A stretch of DNA of 64,000 nt from the NCBI RefSeq assembly GCF_035084215.1, contig NC_090331.1:72044001-72108000 (forward strand), written 5' to 3'. A program made the position numbers and the translations under genes. Every line of letters begins with the position of its first letter. Position 1 is the stretch's first letter. This DNA comes from Heptranchias perlo. Its lineage: Eukaryota. Below the pieces are notes generated by a model. The model was not told the DNA's origin. It was given only the letters and a program-made list of their open reading frames with translations, and did no database searches. Positions 24,544 to 37,719 of the stretch are shown here, in pieces.

Positions 24544-26312
24544 TACCTCACACACCACACTATCAAATTCTTCACCACATGCTTATCCAATTCCTTCTTA
24601 AATCATTCATCATTGCTTCCCTTAGCAGTCACTTACATGCATACATCAGCCTCCGCCTAGTCAAATTGGAATTGTTTTTTCACCCTCCCTCTTCTAAGTT
24701 CCGGGCTCTGCCCCTTGTTCCAGAATCTGTGTAACCCTTCACATTTTCCCAGCAATCCTCATCTTGTCTATTTATGATTCTCCTGACAAGTTTCGTATCC
24801 TCCCTGTTCTTATATTCATCCCTGTCTTCTGATCTTTTCATGGCTTTAATGTTTAGAGAATCTTATTGGTCCTCCTTACCCCTGACAGTATTTGCCTTTT
24901 TACCCTTCTTTAGTGCATTTTGTTCAATTACTACATAGGTCTTTTTTATTGACAATAATGTATTCCTGCAAGTGTTCCACTTTTCTTCTGTAATCCTCCC
25001 TTCTAAAATATTATCAATATCACAATGTTCATTGCTCCTCAGAAATTTGCTCTCTTGTTCCTCCCAAGATCCATATTTGCTCTCCATCAATCCTGTCACC
25101 CTTTTAAAGCCTCAAATTATTCTTATCTACTCTTTCAATCTCAGACAGGGCCTCGGATTAACATCTTATCCAAAAGATGCCAACTCTGATAGTGCGGTAC
25201 CACCTCAGCACTGCACTGAATTATCAATCTGGATGATGTGCTCAGGTCATACAGTGAGACTTGAGCTCACAACCTTCTAGTCAATACTTTCATTGGCTCA
25301 TTGAATAGAATGTTCACAGCATGGATGTGTCCTGTGGGTAATTTTCCTTCCTTCCAGAAACGAAGGCCTGGTAATTCCTGGGTCCCTGGTCTGGTAACAT
25401 AAGTGCAGCAGAGCAGAACCCTAGCCTGCCCTTGCCCAAGGCCAGAAACCTCATCCATTGTTCAGGGGACAGGGTCATTTGCAACGCCGGGGTAGCCCAT
25501 CACCACCTGCAAAGGCGCATCAACAGTGGCCGCCCTGGCTTGAGCTCATCCGCCCTGATAAGGTGCAGCAGAGTTATTATGAGGCCCAAATGGACTGAAG
25601 TCTACGGCTTCCACTGGAGCCAATCTGAATAAAGAAGAAAATCGATATCCTTCAGGATTGATTACCTTACTAAAGTGAAGGTTTGGGTCTTTAGAAGTCG
25701 TCAAATGACTCACAACATATCTCAAGTGGCATGAGTTGCACTGAGGCCATTCAATGGCTTAAAAGGACGCATTTCTCGGGAAAGCCTGGGCCATCTCCCC
25801 TGACCTGTCCCCTTGATGTAGGAGGGGGCAGGCAAGAGATGTTACCAAGGTCTCACTGACCGTAATTTAAACGTCCTGTCAAATGGGGTGGACTCCCGGT
25901 TCAGCTGGGATCAAACCTATCTTTCAGTTTTCTCCCATACATAAATAAAACTTAGGCCCCTCTCCATCCTCTGGAATTTAGGGGCCAAATGACCTTGCAA
26001 TTATACCCGTGATTTAGTGTATAAATGCTTAATTCATTATACGAATTTCCTTTTCTACATTTGAAAGGCGGCATTAAACCTGTTATTTTAACTGGATCAA
26101 CATCTGCTTTAAAATAGCTCAGAAAGGAACTTCACACAAATCTGCTAAGTGTTTATACAAATATCATATACCAAGATTTCGAAAATTGTTTGAAAGCACA
26201 GCTCCCATTCAGTAATTGTACATGTGTCTGACCCTTCCACTCACTACAATAAGGATGTTGGACACTGCAGATACCCTTAATGCAGTGTGGAAAAGCAATG
26301 AACTTAGACCTT

Positions 26313-26470
26313 TACAACAAAAGATGGAAGGCGTCAGGGACAATTTTGCTTACATAGGGTCGACAGTGATTTCATTAACAATGTGTTTTGCTATTTTGCT
26401 CTTTCAGGCGATGTATAAATAGCCCAGCTCCACTGCTCCTCATCACAGTCACTGAAACACTCAGAGCAAA
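26313..26470 (+). promoter_or_regulatory. Copy 3 proximal promoter
   Basis: Same motif set; TATAAATA at 26414-26421. Confidence 0.8.
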
Positions 26471-27980
26471 ATGGGAAAGGTATTCACTGATCAATATTAT
26501 GATGATATTTTATTACAGCTTTGTAGAAATGTTACCTGAAATAATTACTTTTCTTTAGATCTTCTTTTACGAGGACAGGAACTTCCAGGGTCAGCACTAC
26601 GAGTGCAATACTGACTGTGATGACCTGTCCTCTTACTTCAGCCGTTGCAACTCCATCCGTGTTGAGAGTGACTGGTGGGTGGTGTATGAGAAACCCAATT
26701 ACATGGGATACCAGTATGTTCTGTGGAAGGGTGAATATCCTGACTACCAGCGCTGGATGGGATTCAATGACAACATCAGGTCATGTCGCACCTACCCACA
26801 CGTAAGTTTTAAACTTGTTTTATTTATTCTGTTTGCATTGTGGCTGCAGGAGTGCTCAAGCCCAAGGACACACAGAAGAAGTTGTTATCTCTTGGGTCTA
26901 ACCCTTCTCAGATAGGAGGATTTGAGTGGGTCAGGCAGCTGGGCCAAGGAGGTCTAAACAGATCAATGGGGCTTTTTGTCCCATTCATTATTGGAACCTT
27001 GGGCCTGGATGGCCGAGACACGAGGCTCCACACACATTGGCCATTCGTGCAGCTGCAGGCATCACAGCTGTGCGGCATTGGCTGGAATTCTATTCCTGAT
27101 TTTGGGGCCATTGGCCTCTGCCAAGAGGTGGGATTACAGCTCCGAACATTGGGACAATGTTAATGCCTGAATCCAGGCATGTTTACAGCATGTCAGGTGG
27201 ACTGTACGTTGAGTGCGCTGCGCCTGACCTGCAATCCAGGTGTTGGTGGTGGGAGGGAGGGCATACTCCCAAACCACGTTTGTAATATACTTCGATAAAT
27301 ATAAATTACAATTATTTTTTGATTTCCATTTAACCTGATTACGCAACAGAAATTTCAACATGCTTATGTGGAATGATTCCAGTCGTGACAAAGATTTCAA
27401 TAATCGTTGATCAATTCATCACTCAGGACAATTTGATGATCTTTATCACAGAATAATAAACTGTACATTCCAAAATATTTCACTGCCATTGTGGATCAAT
27501 TAGAAATTGAAATTATTCTGAAAAACAATTGTAGTGGTAAATTACCTGTAGGCATCTGACTATTTATATAACCGTGACTAAATACAAAGCTTGTTGTCCA
27601 TTTTGCTGCTGCAGAAATTTCCTGACAAGTTCTGCCATGTAAAGTTTGATAAAATCATTAAAAAAGGAAAGAATTTTACTGACATGATTCTCTTGCCATT
27701 CCAGTCCAGCAGTAACTCCTACAGAATGAAGATTTACGAGAGGCCTGACTTTGGAGGACAGATGATGGAATTCATGGATGACTGTCCATCTGTCTACGAT
27801 CGTTTCCGCTCCCGTGACATTCACTCCTGCCATGTGATGGACGGTTACTGGACCTTCTATGAACATCCCAACTACATGGGAAGGCAGTACTTCATGAGAC
27901 CCGGTGAATACAAGCGGTTTGGTGACTGGGGCGGCAGTTGTCCATCTGTTGGTTCCTTCCGTCGTATGATGCATTACTAA
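26471..27980 (+). CDS. CRYG: Gamma-crystallin copy 3, join(26471..26479,26559..26801,27705..27980), 175 aa
   Basis: MGK|[23 protein letters not shown]...VLWKGEYP...TYPH|SSSNSY...MMHY*. Intact; intron 2 is shortened to 903 bp by a deletion. Confidence 0.95.
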
Positions 27981-28652
27981 TATTCCACTGTGCTGACTTG
28001 ATTCCTTCCAAGAAGTGATTAAATCAAACTGCAATTAATCAATAAATGAGATTTTATTGAGTCCGAGCCTCATTTTGATCTTTATTTGCTGATTCTGTTG
28101 TAGATACTTAATTATAGGATATTTACAAACAATTACCTGGTCTTCATTGGCAGTATGGGTTTGCACCATGGACGTATTGGCCAGCGGGGAAAATTAAATC
28201 CATGTTCCCACTGATTTATATATATCTCACTTTGCTGATAGTGACAGAGCTTGGCGTTGTGGCTTAACATTTATCCACCAATGAGACAACAGTGAGAGAA
28301 ACAGCTTTTCCAAACCTCCCGGTAGGAAGCTTCAAAGGCCGGATTGTAGGCCTCAGGATCCACACGTGGCCCAGGGGCTGCAGTTTGGACACCCCGATTT
28401 ACAATCCCGAATCAAATTCAGAAAATAGTCACAGTATAAAATAATACCTCACCTATAATTAATCATTCTTTTTAAAATATCACAAAATTCTGACAATAAA
28501 ACAAAAGTCAATGAAATATATAAGCAGTGACCGTGAATGTTTATTCATACGAGAGTTCACAAATCCTGAGGGTAAAAATGATGAGGTGACATAAAGGACA
28601 TTTAGGAGCCAATGACCGTGATGTGCAAATATCCTCTCCCTCTCTCTCTGAA

Positions 28653-29402
28653 TTGTAAACAATTTTACAACACCAAGTTATAGTCCAGCAATTTTATTTT
28701 AAATTCACAAGCTTTCGGAGATTTTCTCCTTCCTCAGGCAAATGTTTCAAGAGCTCCTTGAAGCCTACGCATTTATACATATAGAACAATACATGGTGTT
28801 TACAGACTGCCCCTGCAACTGCCCGTTGCCAAGGCAATCACCGTGTTCAGACAGAGAGGTGTCACCTGCAGAACCCCCGAATACACATTCAACAAAAAAA
28901 CAAACAGGGAAAAAAAACAGAGAAAAAAAACACAGAGAGAGGCAGAAACATCCGGAAGGCAGAGAGAGCCAGCAAATGACCCATTATATTAAAAACAGAT
29001 AACATTTGTTCGCTGGTGGGGTAACGTGTAGCGTGACATGAACCCAAGATCCCGGTTGAGGCCGTCCTCATGGGTGCGGAACTTGGCTATCAATTTCTGC
29101 TCGACGATTTTGCGTTGTCGTGTGTCTCGAAGGCCGCCTTGGAGTACGCTTACCCGAAGGTCGGTGGATGAATGTCCATGACTGCTGAAGTGTTCCCCGA
29201 CTGGGAGGGAACCCTCCTGTTTGGCGATTGTTGCGCGGTGTCCGTTCATCCGTTGTCGCAGCGTCTGCATGGTCTCGCCAATGTACCATGCTCTGGGGCA
29301 TCCTTTCCTGCAACGTATGAGGTAGACAACGTTGGCCGAGTCACAGGAGTATGAACCATGCACCTGGTGGGTGGTGTCCTCTCGTGTGATGGTGGTATCT
29401 GT
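28653..29402 (-). mobile_element. Penelope-like element 3' fragment (GIY-YIG endonuclease plus pseudo-LTR)
   Basis: Open frame SCDSANVVYLIRCRKGC..WYIGET..LRQRMNGH...VGEHFS...EQKLI..F.T...GLN. It is inserted into CTCTGAA^GTCTCTA, which is empty in the other units. Confidence 0.92.
28703..28743 (-). ncRNA. Minimal type I hammerhead ribozyme motif in the Penelope pseudo-LTR
   Basis: The minus strand reads AUUUGC-CUGAGGA-A-GGAG-AAAAU-CUCC-GAAA-GC-UU-GUGAAU. This gives the CUGANGA and GAAA cores, stem II GGAG/CUCC, stem I AUUUGC/GUGAAU, and palindromic AAGCUU at stem III. Confidence 0.7.
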
Positions 29403-30312
29403 GTCTCTATATTCCACTTGTGCACTTCTTCTAATGTTAAAGATCGGACCTGTCACTCATCATATGGGAACTGCAGGTCCTAACCCATATTCAAGCACAA
29501 TGCATCCAACAAACAGGGCCCATATCTTGCAGTTCTTTCACTTACTTGTTTTTCTTTATCTCCTCTCTTGTACTCTATTCGATTAATTTGTTCCCTTTAT
29601 GGTTCTTTCTTTTCATTCTCTCTTTCTGTCTCTGTTTCTCTCCATCTGTTTCACCTTCACTCCATCCTCTTCCCGGATATGTTTTACACGCTTGTGTCTG
29701 TTGTTTCGCTGTGACCGTTCTTGATGGACTCTGAAATACCATCATTCTAGCATTCTGTGCCAATTCTCCTCATCCAGTGGTGGAGTTTCTAAGAACACAT
29801 TACTAATGAGGAAATAGAACCAGTGGCAATGATAAAATTCATGCCTCTCTCAGAGAGGAATAAACAACTGGCCTTTTGATGAGGGATGAAAACCTTCTTT
29901 ATTTTAATTCTTCAAAGCCACAGCTTCATTCCTCTTGTCGGTCCAACCAACAATTACCACCGCTTGTGTTTCACGGATGTTCCTTTGTCTACATCATCTC
30001 ACGCCTCAGTATTGCCTCAGGTAATCCCATTTAACGACTGATTTTAAAGTTGTTTCAAAGAAGCCCAGTTTTATTTTTCATCTCAAGCACTTCTTTTCTT
30101 TTCAATTACTGTTTCTGAATCCAAATTGGATCTAAAGTTGTTTGATAGTCAGCATATCTCTCATATCAAGCCTCCAGCCTCAATCGATTTCAAGATTGCA
30201 ATCCCTTTTGTCACTGTGCTTTATCAGAGGAGCATAAGAGTGTACAGGACTAGAAAGGACAATTGCAGTCCATCTAGCCAGAACCAGTCTCTACAAAATA
30301 TCATATTCCACA

Positions 30313-33300
30313 ATCTGCAGCAAAGGCCGATTGGTTTTAATGGAGGATTTTAAATTTCTTTTTCACTGGGAAACGGAGACCAGGTCATGTCAGAAAGCTG
30401 GTGAATTACTTTAGTGTGTTCAGGACAGCTTTCTGCAACAATACATCCTGGAACCAACAAGAGGGCAGGCCTTATTTGGGTTACAAATGAGCAATTAGCC
30501 AGATTTAGTTAACAGCCTAACAGTGAGTGAACATTTATCTCATAGCGATCATAATATGATCGAGTTCAACGTTTTGTTTGAAAGGGAGAAACCCGTATCA
30601 ACTAATAACGTTCTGATGTTAGGTAGGACCGACTTCAATGGGATGTGACAGAGACTGTCCACAGAATACTGGACAAATCAGTTGTAAGATTCTCAAAATT
30701 CACAGATCCCCCAAAACTCAGAGAAAAACCCTAAAAAACCCTGAGTATGGAAAACTTTGGCCATTGACCAAAATCCTAAGATGCTAGGATAGGTGAGAGG
30801 TCACCAGACGAAATCAACAACACACAGTGGAATGTGGGAGAATTACTGCTTCAGAAATGTCTCTGTTTTAATGCAAAACCTACAGCAGGTTTTCGACACT
30901 CACTGCCATTGAAAGAGGCAACTGCTCCAGACATGGTGGGGCCATGTCTTTGTTTTAAAGCAAAACTGATCAACACCTAGGATGTTGGATACAAAAGGAA
31001 GCCTTATGGGACAAGCTCTAAAATCGGAATTAACAATGACCCATCAGGAGAAGCAATTGCAACATGATGAGGGACTATCAAAAAGCCATCAAAGATTCTT
31101 AAGGACTTTGTAACAACTGTTTAAACAGACATGAAGTGTTTTTTTTTAAGGTGACGAAGACCATTATAAGAGAGCGATACACAAGTGGATCCTCAAAACC
31201 TCTCTCTCTCTCTCTCTGGCATGCTGGCGCTTGTGTGCTGCCGGTCTTGTTATGCCTGTCTCTGGAAGGAAGAGCAGCTTCCAGCGAACCACAAGCAACA
31301 GGAAAGCAGTTCGACAGGGAAGGTCATCAGCTTTAAAATCAGGCCGACACACAAGAAGAAACCAGCGCAACAGTCCCAGTGACCATCAGACACCTCGCGG
31401 CAACAAGGGCCTTACGAAACAACCAACCGAATATTGCCACCAACCAACCGGGTAATATTGGGCCACCGCGACCAATGAAAACCAACTCGGGAGAAAACCA
31501 AAGATCCGCAAAGTTTCCACTTTACAATCTATTTCTGACTTACCTCTGGGTGAATTACTGTCAAGGATTCGTTTGGTGAGCATTATCTCTGGCCCTTTAG
31601 AGTCCAACTTAGCTAGTAAAGTGGGATTGGGATGGGTGAGGTATCTTTCTACTGTAATTTCCCTCATGTATACCGAAGTGTTCCCGATATTATTAGAGTG
31701 TTTAGATTGTTGTCTTGTATTTTCTCTCTTGAATAAAGGTCGAAGTTTCCTGCACCAAAACCAGTTGTCTGCTGCACTTTGTCGCAACCCCCAAATAAGT
31801 ACAAGGTCGAGAACCCAGGGAGTGGGAGCGATTCGGACCGCTCAGAAGCCAGAGGCGAAGCTGACACACACCACCACCCCCTACAGAGTTAATGGGTAAA
31901 ATTAAGTGGGTGATGTTCAAAAAAGAATTGAACATGTTTATCCCCAAAAGGGGCAAGAACTCTACTTGCCAAAACACACAGCCATGGACGACAAAAGAGG
32001 AAAGGGACAACATAAAATTAAAGATAAAGCAGACAAAAATGGAAAAAATATCACAGTTCCTGGCGATTGCTTGAGATACAAAGAACGGCAAAGGGTGATA
32101 AAACGGAGAGTAAGAGATACAAAAAGGGATTATGAAAAGAAACTTGCAAGGGATATCAAAATCAACACAAAAAGTTTTCATAATTATATTAGGAAACGGA
32201 GGGTGGTCCAGAGCAATGTGGGCCCTGTAAATACTGATAATGGTGATATTGTAAATGAAAATAAGGAAATGGTGGACATGTTGAATAATTACTTTGCAAC
32301 AGTATTTACAGTAGAGGAAGAGGATAACATGCCGAATATTCCAAGCAAACTAATTTTGAATCAGGGATGGGAGCTCACCATAATTAACGTAAGCAAATTA
32401 ACAGTAATGAAGAAAATAATGGCACTAAAGAGTGACAAATCCCCAGGACCAGATGGTTTCCATCCTAGGGTTTTAGAAGAAGTAGGTGAGAACATTGCAG
32501 AAGCCCTAACTACAATCTTCAAAAGTTCACTCAATTCAGGAACAGTTCCTTTAGATTGGAAAATTCCACATGTCACTCCGTTATATAAGAAAGGTGAGAG
32601 AGGGGAAACCAGGGAATTATAGACCATTTAGCCTAATATCTGTTGTCGGGAAATTATTAGAGTCAATGATTAAGGATAGAGCGACTGAACACCTTGAAAA
32701 TTTTCAGCTGATCAGAGAGAGCCAGCATGAATTTGTAAAGGGTAGGTCATGCCTGACAAACTTGATTGAATTTCTTGAAGAGGTGACTAAAGTAGAGGTC
32801 AGGGGAATGTCTATGGATGTTGTTTACATGGACTTTCAGAAGACATTTGATAAACATCCTCAAAAGTGACTGTTAGCTAAAGCTGAAGCTCATGGAATTG
32901 TACATAAATTATTGACCTGGTTAGGAAATAGGCTGAGCGGCAGGAGACAGAGAGTAGGGCTAATGGGCAGGTACTCAAATTGGCAGGATGTGACTGGTGG
33001 TGTCCTGTGGGGATCTGTTTGGGGCCTCAACTATTCACTGTATTCCTTAATGACTTAGATGACGGGAAAGAGAGCCACATATCCAAGTTTGCCAATGATA
33101 CAAAGATAAGCAGCATTGTAACCAATGTAGATGGGAGCATAAAATTACAGACAGATATTAATAGATCAAGTGAATAGGCAAAGCTGTGGGAAATGGATTT
33201 CACTGCAGGAAAGTATGAGGTCATCAACTTTGGACCAAAACAGGATAGATTAGATTACTTTCTAATTGGTGAAAAGCTCAAACAGTGGAGATCTAAAGAG

Positions 33301-34013
33301 ACTTAGGGTATCATGTACATAGTTCATTCAAATATTATGGACAGGTAGAGAAAATAATGAAAAAGACTAATGGAATGCTGGCCTTTCTATCGAGAGGACT
33401 AGAATACAAGGGGGTCAAAGTTATGCTGCAGCAACACAAAGCCATGGTTAGGCCACACCTGGAGTACAGTGTTCTTTTCGAGGCACCGCACCTGAGGAGG
33501 GATATATCGGCTTTGGAGGAAATGCAGCGTAGATTTACTAGAATGATACCTGGACTCCAAGGGTTAAATTACGAGGAGAGATTACACAAACTATGGTCGT
33601 ATTCCCTGGAATTTAGAAGATTAAGGGGCGATTTGATCAAAGTTTTCAAGATATTAAGGGGAACTGATTGGGTAGATACAGAGAAACTTTCTCTGCCGGT
33701 TATCGGGTCCAGGTCTCGGAGACAAGGCTACAACTTAGAGCCAGGACTTTCAGGAGTGAAGTTAGGGAACACTTCTACACACAAAGCGTGGTAGAAGTTT
33801 GGAAATCTCTTCTGCATACAGCTGTCGATGCTTGCTCAATTGTTAATTTTCAATCTGAGATTGATAGATTTTTGTTAACCAAAGGTACAAAAGGGATATG
33901 GGGCTAAGGCAGGTATGTGGAGTTCAGTCACAGATCAGCCATGATCTCATTGAATGTCGGAACGGTCTCCAGGGGCTTAATGGCCTACTCCTGTTCCTAT
34001 GTTCCGATGTTCC
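30313..34013 (+). mobile_element. CR1 LINE copy (unit 3 spacer), interrupted by a solo LTR
   Basis: Collinear with 22050-24543 at the same flanking position. Confidence 0.9.
30683..31885 (+). mobile_element. Solo LTR A (1203 bp)
   Basis: TG...CA ends, 4-bp TSD CAGT/GAGT, AATAAA at 31732. The empty site AAATCAGTTAATGG is present in other CR1 copies. Confidence 0.8.
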
Positions 34014-35671
34014 TGCCTTTCACACCACACAATGAAATTCTTTACTAGATACTTATCCAATTCTCTCTTTAATCATTCATCATTCCGTTGCTTAGCAATC
34101 AATTCGATTCAAACACCCAGCCTCTGCCGAGTCAAATTGGAATTGTTTCTTCACCCTCCCTCTTCTAAGTTTCGGGCTCTGCCCCCTTGTTCCAGAATCT
34201 GTGTTATCTTTCACATTTACCCAGCAATTCTCATCTTGTCTATTTATGATTCTCCTGACAAGTTTCATATTTTCCCTATTCTTATATTCATCTGTGTCCT
34301 CTGATCTTTTCATGGCTTTAAAGTTCAAAGAATCTCATTGGTCCTCCTTACCCCTGGCAGTACTTGCCTTGTTCCCCACAACAGCCTCCTTATTTCTTTA
34401 GTGCATTTTGTTCAACTGCAACATAGTTCTTTTTTATTGACAATAATGTATTCCTGAAAGTGTTCCACTTTTCTTCTGTAATCCTGCCTTCTAAAATATT
34501 ATCAATACCACAATGTTCATTGCTCCTCAGAACTTTGCTCTCTTGTTCATCCCAAGATCCATATTTGCTCTCCATCAATCCTATCATCCTTTCAAACCCT
34601 CAAATTATTCTCATCTACTCTTTCAATCCCACACGGGGCCTCGGATAATCATCTTATCTGAAAGATGCCAACTCTGATAGTGCGGTACCACGTCAGCACT
34701 GCACTGAATTATCAACTTAGATGATGTGCTCAGGTCATACAGTGAGACTTGAGCTCACAACCTTCTCGTCAATACTTTCATTGGCTCATTGAATAGAACA
34801 TTCACATCATGGAAGTGACCTGTGGGTAATTTTCCTTCCTTCCAGAGAAGAAGGCCTGGAAATTCCTGGGTCAATGGTCTGGTAACATAAGTGCAGCAGA
34901 GCAGAACCCTAGCCTGCCCTTGCCCAAGGCCAGAAAACCCATCCATTGTTCCGGGGACATTTGCAACGCCGGGGAAAGCCATCACCACCTGCAAGGGTGT
35001 ATCAACAGTGGCCACCCTGGCTTGATATCATAGCCCTGGTAAGGTAGAACAGAGTGCCCTGGTGGCCCTTTTGGGATGAAGTCTATGGCTCCTCCTGGTG
35101 CCAATCTGACTAGAAAAGGAAATCGATGTACTTTAGGATTGATTATCTTACTATAGCGAAGGTTTGGGGCCCTTAGAAGTCCTCAAATGGATTTGCACCA
35201 AGTTTCAACTGGCATGAGATCCACTGAGTCCTTTCAATGAGTGAAAAGGACGCATTTCTCAGGAAAGCCTGGGACATCTCCCCTGACCTGCCCGCTTGAT
35301 GTAGGAGGGGACAGGCAGGAGATGGTTCTGTGGTCCCACTGACCATAATTTAAAGGTCCTGTCAAATTGGGTGGACTCCCGGTTCAGCTGGGATCAAACC
35401 TATCTTTCAGTTTTCTCCCACACATAAATAAAACTGAGGCCCCTCTCCATCCCCAGGAAATTAGGGGCCAAATGGCCTTGCAATTATACTCTTGATTTAG
35501 TGTATAAACGCTTACTGCATTGTACAAAAATCCTTTTCTACTTTTTAATGGCAGCATTAAACCTGTTATTTTAACTGGATCAATATTTGCTTTAAAATAA
35601 CTCATAAAGGAACTTCACACAAATCTGCTAAGCTTTGCAAAAAGATTACCTGAAATAATTATTTTTCTTAG

Positions 35672-35913
35672 GTTTTTTTTACGAGGACAGGAACTTCCAG
35701 GGTCGGCACTACGAGTGCAATACTGACTGTGATGACCTGTCCTCTTACTTCAGCCGCTGCAACTCCATCCGTGTTGAGAGTGACTGGTGGGTGGTGTATG
35801 AGAGACCCAATTACATGGGATATCAGTATGTTCTGTGGAGGGGAGAATATCCTGATTACCAGCGCTGGATGGGATACAATGACAACATCAGGTCATGTCG
35901 CACCTACCCATAC
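35672..35913 (+). pseudogene. Orphan gamma-crystallin exon 2 (psi copy 4): promoter, exon 1 and exon 3 missing, 1-nt frameshift
   Basis: The exon is 242 nt instead of 243 (ag|GTTTTTTTTACGAG vs ag|ATCTTTTTTTACGAG). A 373-bp deletion at ~35632 removes the TATA box and ATG. Intron 2 fuses to spacer sequence at ~36080. Confidence 0.9.
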
Positions 35914-37561
35914 GTAAGTTTTAAACTTGTTTTATTTATTCTGTTTGTATTGTACCTTCTAACACTGATGACACTATTAATTATTTGACTAAATACAACA
36001 GGTTGTTAACATTAATAATATACAACACACGGAGACATTCCTTTCAAGTTAACTCTTCACTCCACCAAACAAATTTTAGCTTTAATGATTAGATAATCTT
36101 ATTGGTCCTCCTTATCCTTGGCAGTACTTGCCTTGTTCCCCACAACAGCCTCCTTATTTCTTTAGTGCATTTTTTACAATTGCTACATAGGTCTTTTTTA
36201 TTGACAATAATGTATTCCTGAAAGTGTTCCACTTTTCTTCTGTAATCCTCCCTTCTAAAATATTATCAATATCACAATGTTCATTGCTCCTCAGAACTTT
36301 GCTCTCTTGTTCTTCCCAAGATCCATATTTGCTCTCCATCAATCCTATCATCCTTTTAAACCCTCAAATTATTCTCATCTACTCTTTCAATCTCAGACGG
36401 GGCCTCGGATAATCATCTTATCTGAAAGACGCCAACTCTGATAGTGCGGTAACACCTCAGCACTGCACTGAATTATCAACTTGGATGATGTGCTCAGGTC
36501 ATACAGTGAGACTTGAGCTCACAACCTTCTCGTCAATACTTTCATTGGCTCATTGAATAGAATATTCACATCATGGAAGTGACCTGTGAGTAATTTTCCT
36601 TCCTTCCAGAGAAGAAGGCCTGGAAATTCCTGGGTCAATGGTCTGGTAACGTAAGTGCAGCAGAGCAGAACTCTAGCCTGGCCTTGCCCAAGGCCAGAAA
36701 ACCCATCCATTGTTCCGGGGACATTTGCAACGCCGGGGAAAGCCATCACCACCTGCAAGGGTGTATCAACAGTGGCCACCCTGGCTTGAAATCATAGCCC
36801 TGGTAAGGTAGAGCAGAGTGCCCTGGTGGCCCTTTTGGGATGAAGTCTGTGGCTCCTCCTGGTGCCAATCTGACTCGAAAAGGAAATCGATGTACTTCAG
36901 GATTGATTACCTTACTATAGCGAAGGTTTGGGGCCCTTAGAAGTCCTCAAATGGATTCGCACCAAGTTTCAACTGGCATGAGATCCACTGAGTCCTTTCA
37001 ATGAGTGAAAAGGACGCATTTCTCAGGAAAACCTGGGACATCTCCCCTGACCTGCCCTCTTGATGTAGGAGGGGACAGGCGGGAGATGTTTCTATGGTCC
37101 CACTGACCATAATTTAAAGGTCCTGTTAAATAGGGTGGACTCCCGGTTCAGCTGGGATCAAACCTATCTTTCAGTTTTCTCCAACACATAAATAAAACTG
37201 AGGCCCCTCTCCATCCCCAGGAAATTAGGGGCCAAATGGCCTTGCAATTATACTCTTGATTTAGTGTATAAACGCTTACTGCATTGTACAAAAATCCTTT
37301 TCTACTTTTTAATGGCGGCATTAAACCTGTAATTTGAACTGGATCAACATTTGCTTTAAAATAACTCATAAAGGAACTTCACACAAATCTGCTTAGTGTT
37401 TATACAAATATCATATACCAAGATTTCAAACATTGTTTGAAAATACAGAGCCCATTCAATAACTGTACATGTGTCTGACCCTTCCACTCATTACAATAAG
37501 AATGTTGGACTCTGCAAAGATACCAATAACACAGTGTGGAAAAGCAATGAACTTAGACCTT

Positions 37562-37719
37562 TACAACAAAAGATGGAAGGTGTCTGGGATAATTTTGCTT
37601 ACATAGGGTCTACAGTGATTTCATTAACAATGTGTTTTGCTATTTTGCTCTTTCAGGCGATGTATAAATAGCCCAGCTCCACTGATCCTCATCACAGTCA
37701 CTGAAACACTCAGAGCAAA
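37562..37719 (+). promoter_or_regulatory. Copy 5 proximal promoter
   Basis: Same motif set; TATAAATA at 37663-37670. Confidence 0.8.
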
